From the sequence record PZ583743.1: a stretch of DNA of 64,000 nt, one strand, 5' to 3'. This document shows positions 49,079-59,386 of the stretch, piece by piece. Position 1 is the first letter of the stretch. Each line of letters begins with the position of its first letter. This DNA is from a phage. The position numbers were made by a program, and so were the translations under genes. Under the pieces are notes generated by a model that worked only from the letters and a program-made list of their open reading frames with translations, had not been told where the DNA came from and did not search any database.

Positions 49079-50505
49079 TAAAATTTTAATTCATTCGCCA
49101 AAGCATCTAACTGAGCTCGAGTGGATTCATTTCTTTGATAGCGATTCTGCTCAGCTTGTATCTGTTGTGAACCTGCTACCTCACTCACTTCAGTTGGAGT
49201 AGAATCTTGTTCAATTTCTACCCATTTCTGATTTCCTTTTTGAACACCCATCAAAAACTTATTCCATTTATTCTTATCACCATATCGTGATTTGATTTGC
49301 TTAATAAGTTGTTGTTCAGCAGCTGCTAACTCCTCGGTTTCAATGACCGCAAGCATAAAATCAGCTGTTGCTGGAAGACCGGCAGATTCTGCAATATCGC
49401 TCATGTTAACATCAGAAGAATCCCAAGCTTGTTTACCAACCTGTGCTGCAGTCCAAAGAACAGTTTCGGTTTCAACAGCAAGAGCACGCAATTCCTCTGC
49501 AATGGCTTTAACAGTTGTGTAACTATTTTCTGAATAAACTCTGATGCGGCAAGATTTACAAATACCTAGATAGTCGACAATAATGATTGTTGGAACAAAA
49601 TTTTTCTTGAGCTTCAATTCATTCAAGAGAGACCTGAATGTGTTAGCATCTGCCCCACCAGTAGGATACTGTTTAACGATTAAACGACCGAGAGTAGATT
49701 TCTCACGCCATTTTTCCATTTTTCCTTTATACTCAGCGTAAGAAATATGCCCATCATCAATATCATCAAGAGAAACATCAAGCATATTAGCATCAATACG
49801 TTTAGCGCAGACTTCTTCTGCCATTTCCATGGAAATGTAAAGAACATTATGTCCGAGCTGTAAATAATCTGCTGCTAATGAACACAATCCTAATGACTTA
49901 CCAACGTTAACGCCAGCCATTAAAACGTTCAGTGTTCCAGTCTCAGCTCCGCCTTTAGTAATTTTATTTAGAATTTTGAGTTTAAATGGAACCTTACGAG
50001 CTTTATTCATATAAGATAGCCAACGTGCTTCATAGTCATCCATCCAATCATGACCAACGTAACTATCAAATGAAATTGATAATGCTTGGCGCATGATGTC
50101 AGGAATAGCACCAACATCCGGCATTTTCTTATTTCGTTTTTCCGGAGGAAGCTCAGCATTGGTTTGAATTTCAATTATTTTAGACGTAGCATTAAACATC
50201 GCCCTTTGCTGAACATATTTTTCTGTTTCTTTTACTAACCAGCTGTGGTCTTCCGGAGAATCGGTTAGTTTTGAAATAAGTGTTTTTACACCAGAATATT
50301 CTGTTTCAGTAAATGAACTATTTTCTAATGCAACATTTAACGCATTAATAGATGGAACGCTATGATACTCATTAACATGTGATTTAATTAATTTGAATGT
50401 ATTTTTAGCTGGACCACTTTCAAAATATTCTGAATCCATATATGGCCAAACTTTTGAAAAATAAGCTTGATCAAATATGAGATGAGAAAGAATAATTTCT
50501 ACCAC
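49078..50505 (-). CDS. 41: Replicative DNA helicase gp41 (DnaB-like)
   Basis: 475 aa, same length as T4 gp41; Walker A GVNVGKS; GTG start. Confidence 0.95.
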   Translation of the reverse strand: MVEIILSHLIFDQAYFSKVWPYMDSEYFESGPAKNTFKLIKSHVNEYHSVPSINALNVALENSSFTETEYSGVKTLISKLTDSPEDHSWLVKETEKYVQQRAMFNATSKIIEIQTNAELPPEKRNKKMPDVGAIPDIMRQALSISFDSYVGHDWMDDYEARWLSYMNKARKVPFKLKILNKITKGGAETGTLNVLMAGVNVGKSLGLCSLAADYLQLGHNVLYISMEMAEEVCAKRIDANMLDVSLDDIDDGHISYAEYKGKMEKWREKSTLGRLIVKQYPTGGADANTFRSLLNELKLKKNFVPTIIIVDYLGICKSCRIRVYSENSYTTVKAIAEELRALAVETETVLWTAAQVGKQAWDSSDVNMSDIAESAGLPATADFMLAVIETEELAAAEQQLIKQIKSRYGDKNKWNKFLMGVQKGNQKWVEIEQDSTPTEVSEVAGSQQIQAEQNRYQRNESTRAQLDALANELKF

Positions 50506-50514
50506 ACTTACTCC

Positions 50515-50877
50515 TTAAAAGAATTTAAATTTTTTCTTTGACCTTTTATTAAATGCATCTTGTAGTTGCATTGTAATACATTTTTCTACATGAGGAGCTA
50601 ACTCAGCTTTTCTTTCTTGGTCAAGAACAGCAAAGTCCATTACGACTTTTCCATCAACCCAATCTAATTTTGTCACATACACAATGTGTGTAGAACCATC
50701 TTCTAGTTTAATGACAATCTCCTGGATAACATTTTCCATGGCAGATTTAATTATCTTAAGAGATTCATTAAAAAGACGTTCTTTTCTTTCTTCTTCCCCC
50801 TCCGAAGAGGGGGATTCGTCGATAATTTCTAGATCTAAATCTAAATCATCTTTATTCATTAAATTCTTCCATATCAC
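50515..50877 (-). CDS. 40: Probable gp40
   Basis: 120-aa ORF between uvsX and 41; start overlaps uvsX 3' end. Confidence 0.55.
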   Translation of the reverse strand: MIWKNLMNKDDLDLDLEIIDESPSSEGEEERKERLFNESLKIIKSAMENVIQEIVIKLEDGSTHIVYVTKLDWVDGKVVMDFAVLDQERKAELAPHVEKCITMQLQDAFNKRSKKKFKFF

Positions 50878-52033
50878 TTAACTGATCTAGGTCAGTTTCT
50901 AAATCAGCTGCTGATTTACTTTTACTTTCTGGAGATTTAAATTTTTCAACCTTTGAGTTAATCAATTCATCAACTTCAGCTTCAACAATTTCATTACTAT
51001 CAATAGCACCTAATTGATAAGCACGTTTAATAGCATCTCGGAATGGTTGATGCTTAAATAAAGGACCCCAGAATGTAGTGCAGTTGGTATCTTTTGCACG
51101 CCAAGATTTTTCTTCGCGAATCATCTCGCCTGTTTCTTCGTCAAGAAATTCACGAGCATACCAGCCATTTTTAGGTTTTACTACAAATCCTAATTCAAGA
51201 GCCATATCTAACAATCCAGAATAAGGATCGATACCACCGTCAAATTTAACATCAATAAAGAATTTACTTTTTTCTTTAACGGTACGAGATTTTTCTACAT
51301 TTAGAACAAATTGATACCCCTGAAGATCAGAACCATCTTTAATCTGACGCTTACCGATAATGAATACAGTATCAGCTGAATACATTACGCCTGTACCACC
51401 TGTCATCACGGTTTTACTAAACATTTCAATGGTTTCAATTGTATGGTTAACCGCAACACATGGAATATTTTTAATGCTAAAATAAGGAGTAACAATACGG
51501 AATAATGACTTCAGTGATTTAGCACGAGTCATATCTGCCACAGATTTTTCATTCAAGGCATCTTCCGTTTCTTTCTTAGAAGCCATATTACCAATTGAGT
51601 CGATGAATACAATAACCTTTTCACCACGCTCAATAGCTTCAAGCTGATTCACCATATCAATTTTCAGTTGTTCAACTGACTGGATTGGCGTATGAATTAC
51701 TCGTTCTGGGTCAACTCCCATGGATCGCAAATAAGCTGGAGTAATACCAAATTCGCTATCATAGAATAGACAAACTGCATCAGGATATTTGTTCAAATAT
51801 GCCGCAACCATAGTCAAAGACATATTTGATTTAAAGTGTTTAGAAGGCCCTGCGAAAATAGTTAAACCGGACTGCATTCCACCATCAATCGCACCGGAAA
51901 TAGCGATATTAAGCATTGGAATTTTTGTACGGATTACATCCTTTTCATTAAAGAATTTAGATGTAGTCAGTTCAGCAGTCATTTTAGAAGTGGAAGCTTT
52001 AATCAAACGGGATTTTAAATCTGCAATAGACAT
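50852..52033 (-). CDS. uvsX: Recombinase UvsX (RecA-like)
   Basis: 393 aa; Walker A GPSKHFKS; near-identical to T4 UvsX. Confidence 0.95.
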   Translation of the reverse strand: MSIADLKSRLIKASTSKMTAELTTSKFFNEKDVIRTKIPMLNIAISGAIDGGMQSGLTIFAGPSKHFKSNMSLTMVAAYLNKYPDAVCLFYDSEFGITPAYLRSMGVDPERVIHTPIQSVEQLKIDMVNQLEAIERGEKVIVFIDSIGNMASKKETEDALNEKSVADMTRAKSLKSLFRIVTPYFSIKNIPCVAVNHTIETIEMFSKTVMTGGTGVMYSADTVFIIGKRQIKDGSDLQGYQFVLNVEKSRTVKEKSKFFIDVKFDGGIDPYSGLLDMALELGFVVKPKNGWYAREFLDEETGEMIREEKSWRAKDTNCTTFWGPLFKHQPFRDAIKRAYQLGAIDSNEIVEAEVDELINSKVEKFKSPESKSKSAADLETDLDQLSDMEEFNE

Positions 52034-52110
52034 TCATTTTTTCCATAGGCATCATTATATTTTCCTCACTGGTTAAAGATAGAATAATTATAACACAATA
52101 AATTTAGGCA

Positions 52111-52959
52111 TTAATCAACTGCTATTGGATGAATAGCATTAAACTTATGAAATGCTTCTGATTTTTCTTTACGCGAAACACACATGCGAAGAACCTTTAA
52201 TGGCTCGTCTTCTTCACCCAACGATTTTCGTTTTTCAATATTCGATGTTTTCCAACGAGCTTGCTCTGGAAACTCTCTATTGATTTGCTCAAGCGCTCTA
52301 TTATGTTTAGAATTACTACGAATTGAACTACATCCACCGGGAGCGTGTGATTTTCCAGATACAACTAGATATTTGAACAAGGCCAAATGCGGATAACCTT
52401 GATTAATTAAATTGAGAAATGCATACATATCTTCGCATAAATCAATTTTTCCATACCCAATTTGTTCTGTCGTAAGTTTTCCGAGGTCATACCATGTATT
52501 CGTGAATCCATATGAGTTTTCACGATAATTACCCCAAGATGAAGTAATTTTAAAAATTGGTAGACGAGCATGACCGTGATAATACCCGCAATCCATGGCA
52601 TCTTCAACATATTGAATCAATTCATAGAACTGTTCACGAGTTAATTGATTAATTTTATCTACACGCCGTTTATCGTCTCTCTTTCGTATTGAACTCATAC
52701 GAATAGTAGTATCATCATCAATCATCCAGATTCGTTGACCTGCATACATATCAGTAATTGCTTTACGAGTACCAGCAATTCCATTAACATCATCAGGAAT
52801 AGTTATAATTTTAGCTCTAGACCCATAAGCGTCATAATAAGCTTTTTCTTCGTGTTTACGTACTACAATATGAGGTTCATAATCAGTTGGAAACATATCA
52901 AGGGCAGAAACTGCCCCTACGCGTTGATAACTTGGAATTACGAATTGAATCATTTCCAC
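52111..52959 (-). CDS. GT-A fold glycosyltransferase at the T4 beta-gt locus
   Basis: 282 aa; FVIPSYQR and IWMIDDDTT (DxD) motifs; between uvsX and 42 where T4 has the 351-aa GT-B beta-gt. Confidence 0.6.
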   Translation of the reverse strand: MEMIQFVIPSYQRVGAVSALDMFPTDYEPHIVVRKHEEKAYYDAYGSRAKIITIPDDVNGIAGTRKAITDMYAGQRIWMIDDDTTIRMSSIRKRDDKRRVDKINQLTREQFYELIQYVEDAMDCGYYHGHARLPIFKITSSWGNYRENSYGFTNTWYDLGKLTTEQIGYGKIDLCEDMYAFLNLINQGYPHLALFKYLVVSGKSHAPGGCSSIRSNSKHNRALEQINREFPEQARWKTSNIEKRKSLGEEDEPLKVLRMCVSRKEKSEAFHKFNAIHPIAVD

Positions 52960-53690
52960 TCACCGTTATAATCTTTTTTCGCAATATGAATTTCGCCAGT
53001 TTTCCACCAATGGTCAACCAAATAAAAATGACGGGAATACACATGAAGGCTCCCGACATTCCATATAATGGAACCTGCTTTATACTGACGAGTTGAATCA
53101 CCTGCATTCAAATCAGATACTAATTTATCTAGTACATATTTTTGCCATGCATAATCATTACGGAATCCGAAGACCACGTCATTTGAACGCATGTTAACCA
53201 CTGCATTAATTTTCTTATCACGAATCAGGTACTGTACTGTATTAGTACACATGAAATCCGACATGCCATCTTTATTGTAGTCAAACTGCATGGATGGACG
53301 AGTATAAATCATGATACCGCGTCGAGAATCAGGATTTTGACCAAGTTCAGCTAAACACATATCATACTGGGCATAGTTATCTTCTGACCAGATGGCCCAA
53401 CCATAATTCGAGTTAATTTCGCCTTTAGAAGATGCTACCTGCTGCCAAATCTTCGGCGTTTCACCTGGAATATCTTTAACAAACAAACTTTGAGACTTAT
53501 ACCATTCAAGTTCACGCTGAATGTATTCATCATTAAGAGCGCCAAAAATAAAAGGTTCATCTGCTACAAATGATGCACCAATAATTTCAATAGTTTTAAC
53601 ACCGGTTTTATCAATTACGAAATCTTTTTCCTTTAATGCAAGACCCAAATCAAGACGGATTTCTTCAACTGTCATATAATCGTTAATCAT
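52950..53690 (-). CDS. 42: dCMP hydroxymethylase gp42
   Basis: 246 aa, same length as T4 gp42; thymidylate-synthase-like fold. Confidence 0.9.
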   Translation of the reverse strand: MINDYMTVEEIRLDLGLALKEKDFVIDKTGVKTIEIIGASFVADEPFIFGALNDEYIQRELEWYKSQSLFVKDIPGETPKIWQQVASSKGEINSNYGWAIWSEDNYAQYDMCLAELGQNPDSRRGIMIYTRPSMQFDYNKDGMSDFMCTNTVQYLIRDKKINAVVNMRSNDVVFGFRNDYAWQKYVLDKLVSDLNAGDSTRQYKAGSIIWNVGSLHVYSRHFYLVDHWWKTGEIHIAKKDYNGEWK

Positions 53691-53697
53691 TTAAACC

Positions 53698-53847
53698 TCA
53701 ATTGATGCATTCATATTTAATTTGTAACAGTAATAAACCCCAACCTAAAATAATAGTTGGAATCATAAGAGGAACCGTTACACTATAGTATATACTTATT
53801 ATAATCATCAAGATTAAAAGCAACACTGCTATAATTTTGCTTTTCAT
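53698..53847 (-). CDS. Tiny membrane protein (49 aa)
   Basis: ATGA overlap with imm stop; MKSKIIAVLLLILMIIISIYY... Confidence 0.4.
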   Translation of the reverse strand: MKSKIIAVLLLILMIIISIYYSVTVPLMIPTIILGWGLLLLQIKYECIN

Positions 53848-54095
53848 TCCTTCTCTCTGATGATAATTACTTGATTTGGCTGTGCAGACTTTTTAGTTTC
53901 ACCAGCAATTGACCAAATAAATGTAATAAACCAACCAATGATTGACCAGTTAAACAGTAAAGATGTAAAAAAGATTCCTACTGTCGATTTTGACCCACGC
54001 ATCAAGGCAATGAACCAAGGAAGCATGTATATAATAATAGCCAACACACCTGAAACTAAAACCATAAAAATTGAACCTGCTACTAAAGTTTCCAT
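53844..54095 (-). CDS. imm: Immunity (superinfection exclusion) membrane protein Imm
   Basis: 83 aa, same length as T4 Imm; two TM helices; between 43 and 42. Confidence 0.75.
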   Translation of the reverse strand: METLVAGSIFMVLVSGVLAIIIYMLPWFIALMRGSKSTVGIFFTSLLFNWSIIGWFITFIWSIAGETKKSAQPNQVIIIREKE

Positions 54096-54102
54096 GTTTT
54101 CC

Positions 54103-54483
54103 TCACTTAGTCAAATTTTTTACACATGAATTATAAGAATTTACTACATACTCCATCGGAGCATTTTTACCAGTACGCCATTGATAATTATTAGCCCAAT
54201 TTGCCCAAAGTTCAGCGCAGTAGTTTTCAATTTTTTCTTCGCGTGTAATTACATCCGAATTACGATATGCTTGAGCAGATTCATCTGGACGAATAGCCTC
54301 GTCAAAATTCGCCTGCATTTGTTCTACTGTCTGTTTTGGAGCTTCTTTATAACACTTGACATTAGGATTATAAAATTTGCTTGAACAGTTTACAATTTTT
54401 CCTACATCAGACTGATTTACTACCGGTCCTTGAGCTACACAGCCAGTAAGACCCAATGCAATAACCAAAATAGCGATTTTCAT
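54103..54483 (-). CDS. Putative lipoprotein (126 aa)
   Basis: ORF track 54103..54672; promoter 54518..54547 and leader tttggagaATG place start at 54483; signal peptide with lipobox LTGC. Confidence 0.55.
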   Translation of the reverse strand: MKIAILVIALGLTGCVAQGPVVNQSDVGKIVNCSSKFYNPNVKCYKEAPKQTVEQMQANFDEAIRPDESAQAYRNSDVITREEKIENYCAELWANWANNYQWRTGKNAPMEYVVNSYNSCVKNLTK

Positions 54484-54517
54484 TTCATTCTCCAAATCCG
54501 CATCAGTTGATAGTTGT

Positions 54518-54547
54518 ATAGTACCATAGAAGAACAGTCTTGTAAAC
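54518..54547 (-). promoter_or_regulatory. T4-type early promoter (cassette D) for lipoprotein ORF
   Basis: -35 GTTTAC at 54542..54547, 18 nt, -10 TACTAT; leader matches cassette C. Confidence 0.6.
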
Positions 54548-54630
54548 AGTTTTGTGAAAAAATTTTTAATGAATTCCAGGGGTCCAGAAACATCTGTTTT
54601 TCCTAAGTATAGATTTATATTACTTGTATG

Positions 54631-54651
54631 AAAAAGGGACCCGGAGGTCCC
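54631..54651 (-). terminator. Rho-independent terminator after gene 43
   Basis: Hairpin gggacc-cgga-ggtccc at 54636..54651 followed on the minus strand by UUUUU. Confidence 0.7.
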
Positions 54652-54664
54652 TAGATTTATTCTA

Positions 54665-57361
54665 TCAGCCAAACAGGAAGTCTAACGAGGCTTTTTCTTC
54701 ATAGTCCATACCCGCTGACTCACACATACCCGCAAGCGGTTTAACAAACGATTTTTGGAACAAAGTTGAGTAATCAATCCAAGACAGTACATCAGAACGA
54801 ATTTCTTTTGGAAGTTCCGTACCCGATGGCCAAGCAATGCACTTGTCACCAAATGGATTTCCCTCACGTAATGGAAGAACCATTACTTTATTTCCATCCA
54901 AAATTGGAGCTACACCTAAACCGCTAACAGCTCGACGATAAGTTAGCACCCCACGAATGTGGAACGGGCATTTAAATCCTGGCCAACCTTTATCGTCATA
55001 TTTCGCTATATCGTTCGCAGTTTTTACTTCAGCAATAACTTTATAGTCAAGTTGACGATATTCTTTCTCAAAGTTCTTATAGTATTCTTGGACAGACTCT
55101 TCACCTTCCTGAAGAATGCGACGAATACTTTCTTCGAGAGCTTCTTGTACTGCTTTTGGTGTTGAACTCTGCTGAGTTTCCATACCCATGATTTTTAGAT
55201 GTGGTTCAGCAAATCGTTTATCTTCCATATCATAAACGTTCAGAGCATAACGTTTTTTCGCTTTCCAAAATCCACCAACACCCTTTGAACCAAGCGGAGG
55301 ACAAGAAATAGCTTCACGGTCCATATGCATCAGATGCTCGCGGTTATTCATATAATCACATAACTCACGATATGCAACATCAATCATAGGTTCCATCTTT
55401 TTCTTACCGAACTGATTCATGAATTCAACTAAATCATTTTGTTCTTTAAAGCGGTCAAGACCTACTTTTTCAATAACTTTATCTACACAAACATATACAG
55501 AATCAGTATCACCCGCTGCGATGAAATCTTCGCCATTAGTTCCACACACCTTATTCAAGTATTCATTAATTTTACGAGCAATCCACTGAATACCAACTTG
55601 ACCAAAAATTGTGATAGCAGTAGCATTTCGCAAATCATAATAACGGAAATGAATATTACCAAGAGCACCATAAAGACTGTTGATAAGAATTTTACGGTTT
55701 AGCTGATTTGTGTTAGCAAGAGTAGCTGCTTTTTCACATTCTTCAATCAAACTATTAAGAACAGATTCGGTGTAATTCGATAATTCATTTAAGAAATCAT
55801 CATTGAACTTAACATATCGTTCAACTTCTGGTTTAGTTGAACAAGACCCTGCACCTTTCATAATAATCTTTTTAATAGCTTCGGCATTCATTTCTTCAGC
55901 GAACATTTTCTTTTTCCAATCTTTACGCTGGAAAAATACTTTAGCGATTTCCTTTGGAATGATACCTTCTTGATGCTTATCATACATCCATCCATTCGGA
56001 GAACAAGAATATTCATCGCTTGGCTTAGGAGCTGTTCCTGCGATATATTCATGAATTGGATGAACTTTGAACTGTCCACGAATAGTTTCAGGACTAATGT
56101 TAACCTGACGAATAATGCTCGGATACAGAGACGTCAAGTCAAAACTCATAATGTATCGACGGGCAATCGGTTTAGGTTCAAACACAAATGCACCTGGAAA
56201 ACTCTGTTTAACGTGCGAACCTTGTTGAGGAATAACCTTATGTTCACCTTTCAATGAGTTAAAAATAATAGCATCCCAAGTTTTAATAGGACTCATTACA
56301 CCAGAAAAAGGCATTTTAGCGTAATAAGACATACTTAAAACTAGATCGATAAACCCGCGAATTTTATCAATTGCTTGAACTGATTCTACGTCAATAATGT
56401 TATAACTAATGTATCGTTGATGATTAGTCTCACGAAGTTTATTAATAGGACCATCATATGGTAATTTACCTTTTTTGGTTTCATGTTGAGCAACTGATTC
56501 CAAAGAGAATGATGGCAAATTAGTAAATGCGAATTTCTTGTACAAATCTAAATAATCAAGAATAGATACGCCATCAATAGAATAAATTTCTTTGCTACCG
56601 TACATATTTTGAATTAGTTTAGATTTTACTCGACCGATTGGAGAGAAGCGTTTCATACTACGTTCGCCGAGAACCATTTTAACACGATTCATGATATACG
56701 GAACGTCAAATCCCTCAATATTCCAACCGGTAAAAATAGCAGGTCGTTTCTGTTCCCAGAGATTAATATATTCCATGAGCATATCACGCTCATTATCAAA
56801 TGGCATATAAATTACTCGGTCAAGAATTTCTTGAGGAACTTCATCACCACCTTCACAGTCAAGTTTAGCAGCTAACTTTGCATCCCATTTTGATACTGAA
56901 CCGTACATTGAATTCAACAAATCAAAGACGTAAAAACGGTCGTCAATTGAATCATAATGAGTGATAGCATCAATTTCATATTCTGCTTTCATTGGGTCAG
57001 GAAATTTATCACCAGTAACCTCAATGTCACAGTTAGCTACACGAACAAATTTTCGGTCATAAACAATTTCTGAACCATACGTATCACTGATATAAGCGAG
57101 TTTAAAATCGTTCATACCGAGAGCTTCGAGACCGATGTCTTCCATTCGCTTCATCCAATCTCGTGCATCTTTCATTGATGGAAATTTTTGAGGAGCGCAG
57201 TTTTTACCGTAAATGTCTTTGTATTTTGATTCTTCCTTACAATGCCTAAACATAGTCGGAAGATATTCTACTTCGCGAGTACGTTCCTTTCCATTTTCAT
57301 CAATATAACGTTCAACAATATTATTTCCGACTGTTTCGATAGAGATATAAAATTCTTTCAT
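54665..57361 (-). CDS. 43: DNA polymerase gp43 (family B)
   Basis: 898 aa, same length as T4 gp43; exonuclease FDIE and polymerase DTDS motifs. Confidence 0.95.
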   Translation of the reverse strand: MKEFYISIETVGNNIVERYIDENGKERTREVEYLPTMFRHCKEESKYKDIYGKNCAPQKFPSMKDARDWMKRMEDIGLEALGMNDFKLAYISDTYGSEIVYDRKFVRVANCDIEVTGDKFPDPMKAEYEIDAITHYDSIDDRFYVFDLLNSMYGSVSKWDAKLAAKLDCEGGDEVPQEILDRVIYMPFDNERDMLMEYINLWEQKRPAIFTGWNIEGFDVPYIMNRVKMVLGERSMKRFSPIGRVKSKLIQNMYGSKEIYSIDGVSILDYLDLYKKFAFTNLPSFSLESVAQHETKKGKLPYDGPINKLRETNHQRYISYNIIDVESVQAIDKIRGFIDLVLSMSYYAKMPFSGVMSPIKTWDAIIFNSLKGEHKVIPQQGSHVKQSFPGAFVFEPKPIARRYIMSFDLTSLYPSIIRQVNISPETIRGQFKVHPIHEYIAGTAPKPSDEYSCSPNGWMYDKHQEGIIPKEIAKVFFQRKDWKKKMFAEEMNAEAIKKIIMKGAGSCSTKPEVERYVKFNDDFLNELSNYTESVLNSLIEECEKAATLANTNQLNRKILINSLYGALGNIHFRYYDLRNATAITIFGQVGIQWIARKINEYLNKVCGTNGEDFIAAGDTDSVYVCVDKVIEKVGLDRFKEQNDLVEFMNQFGKKKMEPMIDVAYRELCDYMNNREHLMHMDREAISCPPLGSKGVGGFWKAKKRYALNVYDMEDKRFAEPHLKIMGMETQQSSTPKAVQEALEESIRRILQEGEESVQEYYKNFEKEYRQLDYKVIAEVKTANDIAKYDDKGWPGFKCPFHIRGVLTYRRAVSGLGVAPILDGNKVMVLPLREGNPFGDKCIAWPSGTELPKEIRSDVLSWIDYSTLFQKSFVKPLAGMCESAGMDYEEKASLDFLFG

Positions 57362-57380
57362 AGATATTCCTTAGTTTATA

Positions 57381-57398
57381 GCCCGAGTTATTAGGCTC
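57381..57398 (-). promoter_or_regulatory. Gene 43 translational operator hairpin
   Basis: Minus strand GAGCCUAAUAACUCGGGC upstream of SD AAGGA and gene 43 ATG; matches the T4 gp43 operator as I recall it. Confidence 0.6.
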
Positions 57399-57420
57399 TT
57401 GATATATTATACTCCAAATA

Positions 57421-57436
57421 AGGGGCCGAAGCCCCT
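57421..57436 (-). terminator. UUCG-tetraloop hairpin after regA
   Basis: aggggc-cgaa-gcccct followed on the minus strand by UUAUUU. Confidence 0.5.
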
Positions 57437-57440
57437 TTGC

Positions 57441-57809
57441 TTAATTACCAATCGTATATTTAGGAACGAGTTTCCATTCATGTTTTTGCTTAAAAGAAAT
57501 AACTCGGAAGTTATTAGTTAAGTCTTTCATAAAAGTTCTTTGACCGGGAGCGATTTCAATCAGTCCCCAATCTTCTAACAGCCATGCAATCGAATCACGA
57601 CGAACTTCATCTTCTTCTGTCATTTCAACCTGGCGACCATCCATACGAAGCATTTCTTTAAAATGAACGATATAGTATAGTCCTTTTTTCTGGAGAATAT
57701 GACAGGATTGATACAGAACTTTATCTTTATTATTAGCAATTCCCATACGAGTCAAAGTTTCTTTAACTTTCAGAAAATCTTCAGGTTTTTTAAGAGTAAT
57801 TTCAATCAT
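57441..57809 (-). CDS. regA: Translational repressor RegA
   Basis: 122 aa, same length as T4 RegA; between 62 and 43. Confidence 0.85.
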   Translation of the reverse strand: MIEITLKKPEDFLKVKETLTRMGIANNKDKVLYQSCHILQKKGLYYIVHFKEMLRMDGRQVEMTEEDEVRRDSIAWLLEDWGLIEIAPGQRTFMKDLTNNFRVISFKQKHEWKLVPKYTIGN

Positions 57810-57810
57810 T

Positions 57811-58374
57811 TTACCATTCCAATGCTAGTTTTTTGAGTTGTTTCTGTTCTTTTACATTCTTAGTCACTTCTTTCAAAAAATCATCCGTGACTAAACCTTT
57901 TAGTTCTTTTAATACTAAAGGAAGTTTTCCATTTTTAGTAAGAATTGATTTATAGTTAATTGCATCATTTGTATTAACTTGATACCGCTTAGCAAGTAAC
58001 TTAATAATCAATACTTCGGTAGAATCTTCAACCAGTTTTGCCCATTTACCATATCTTTTACCACGAGGAACAGCAGCCATCAGATAATTAAAATGGGCTT
58101 CATCGCTTAAACCTGATCCAATTAAATTCATAGCATATACAGCTGGCATGCACTCCGGAAATTGTGATAATGCATTCTCAACCATGTATTTTGAATAATC
58201 TTTTTGAGCAATAGAGCATTTAGTTTTATTATTAATAGCTCCAATTATTTCAAAAAACTCATTTTCAGCTTTTTCTTTAAAAGAATCAGCAGCAGATTGG
58301 ACAGCTGTCCAATCTTTTGAATACCAAGCAACTTGATGCTCGTTTAATTGAATATCATCTTCAAATAAGCTCAT
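57811..58374 (-). CDS. 62: Clamp loader small subunit gp62
   Basis: 187 aa, same length as T4 gp62. Confidence 0.9.
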   Translation of the reverse strand: MSLFEDDIQLNEHQVAWYSKDWTAVQSAADSFKEKAENEFFEIIGAINNKTKCSIAQKDYSKYMVENALSQFPECMPAVYAMNLIGSGLSDEAHFNYLMAAVPRGKRYGKWAKLVEDSTEVLIIKLLAKRYQVNTNDAINYKSILTKNGKLPLVLKELKGLVTDDFLKEVTKNVKEQKQLKKLALEW

Positions 58375-58375
58375 A

Positions 58376-59335
58376 TCACTTCCACTGCATTTCGCATGCC
58401 AATTGAATGAAAAGATATGCTAAATGTAATTCCGTATTAGCCGCAATTCCATGATACTGGTTATTTTCACCAACAATTTCATACATACGAATAATACTTT
58501 GCGGAGTTACGCGTGTATAGATTTCTTCAGCAAGTTTACCAACGAACCACGAATAATCAGCCGCATATTTTGGTGCTAAAGCTCTGAGTTGTTTAACATC
58601 TTTATTTTTGAGAGACTCAAGAACATCATCAATAGCACCACGATCGTTAGTAACCAGTGATAAAATACCAGCATCCAAAACACCTTTAGATGAATAACTA
58701 TCGAGCTCGCCGATAGTTTTACGAAAATCAGGAAAATTCTTTTTAACCAAAGCTGCTACAACTTTCATATCAGCTATAGCAATTCCTTCACGCTTACAGA
58801 TTTCAGTCAATCGACGAATCATCTGCTTCATCATTTCAATTTTATCTTCATCGGTCGGTTGACCGAACGTAATAACTCGGCAGCGTGACTGAAGCGGTTT
58901 AATAATACCATCAATATTGTTAGCAGTAATAATAATACTACAGTTTGAACTATAAGCTTCCATAAAGGAACGAAGATGTCGCTGAGACTCTGCTAATCCT
59001 GAACGGTCAAATTCATCAATAACGATTACTTTTTGACGACCATCAAATGAAGCTGCGCTAGCAAAATTAGTCAAAGGACCGCGAACGAAATCAATTTTAC
59101 AATCTGACCCATTCACAAACATCATATCAGCATTTACGTCATGACACAATGCTTTTGCTACGGTTGTTTTACCTGTTCCTGGAGAAGGAGAATGAAGAAT
59201 AATATGTGGAATCTTACCTTTACTTGTAATAGATTTAAAGGTTTCTTTATCAAAGGCGGGAAGAATACATTCATCGATAGTAGATGGACGATATTTCTGT
59301 TCAAGAATGTGTTCTTTTTCATTTACAGTAATCAT
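58376..59335 (-). CDS. 44: Clamp loader large subunit gp44 (AAA+)
   Basis: ORF track 58376..59350; start at 59335 ([17 protein letters not shown]...) gives 319 aa as in T4; Walker [11 protein letters not shown]. Confidence 0.9.
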   Translation of the reverse strand: MITVNEKEHILEQKYRPSTIDECILPAFDKETFKSITSKGKIPHIILHSPSPGTGKTTVAKALCHDVNADMMFVNGSDCKIDFVRGPLTNFASAASFDGRQKVIVIDEFDRSGLAESQRHLRSFMEAYSSNCSIIITANNIDGIIKPLQSRCRVITFGQPTDEDKIEMMKQMIRRLTEICKREGIAIADMKVVAALVKKNFPDFRKTIGELDSYSSKGVLDAGILSLVTNDRGAIDDVLESLKNKDVKQLRALAPKYAADYSWFVGKLAEEIYTRVTPQSIIRMYEIVGENNQYHGIAANTELHLAYLFIQLACEMQWK

Positions 59336-59369
59336 AATTTCCTCATTCAAGTTTTAGTGTAAATTATAA

Positions 59370-59383
59370 AGGGCCGAAGCCCT
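59370..59383 (-). promoter_or_regulatory. UUCG-tetraloop hairpin between genes 45 and 44
   Basis: agggc-cgaa-gccct just after gene 45 stop. Confidence 0.45.
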
Positions 59384-59386
59384 CTA

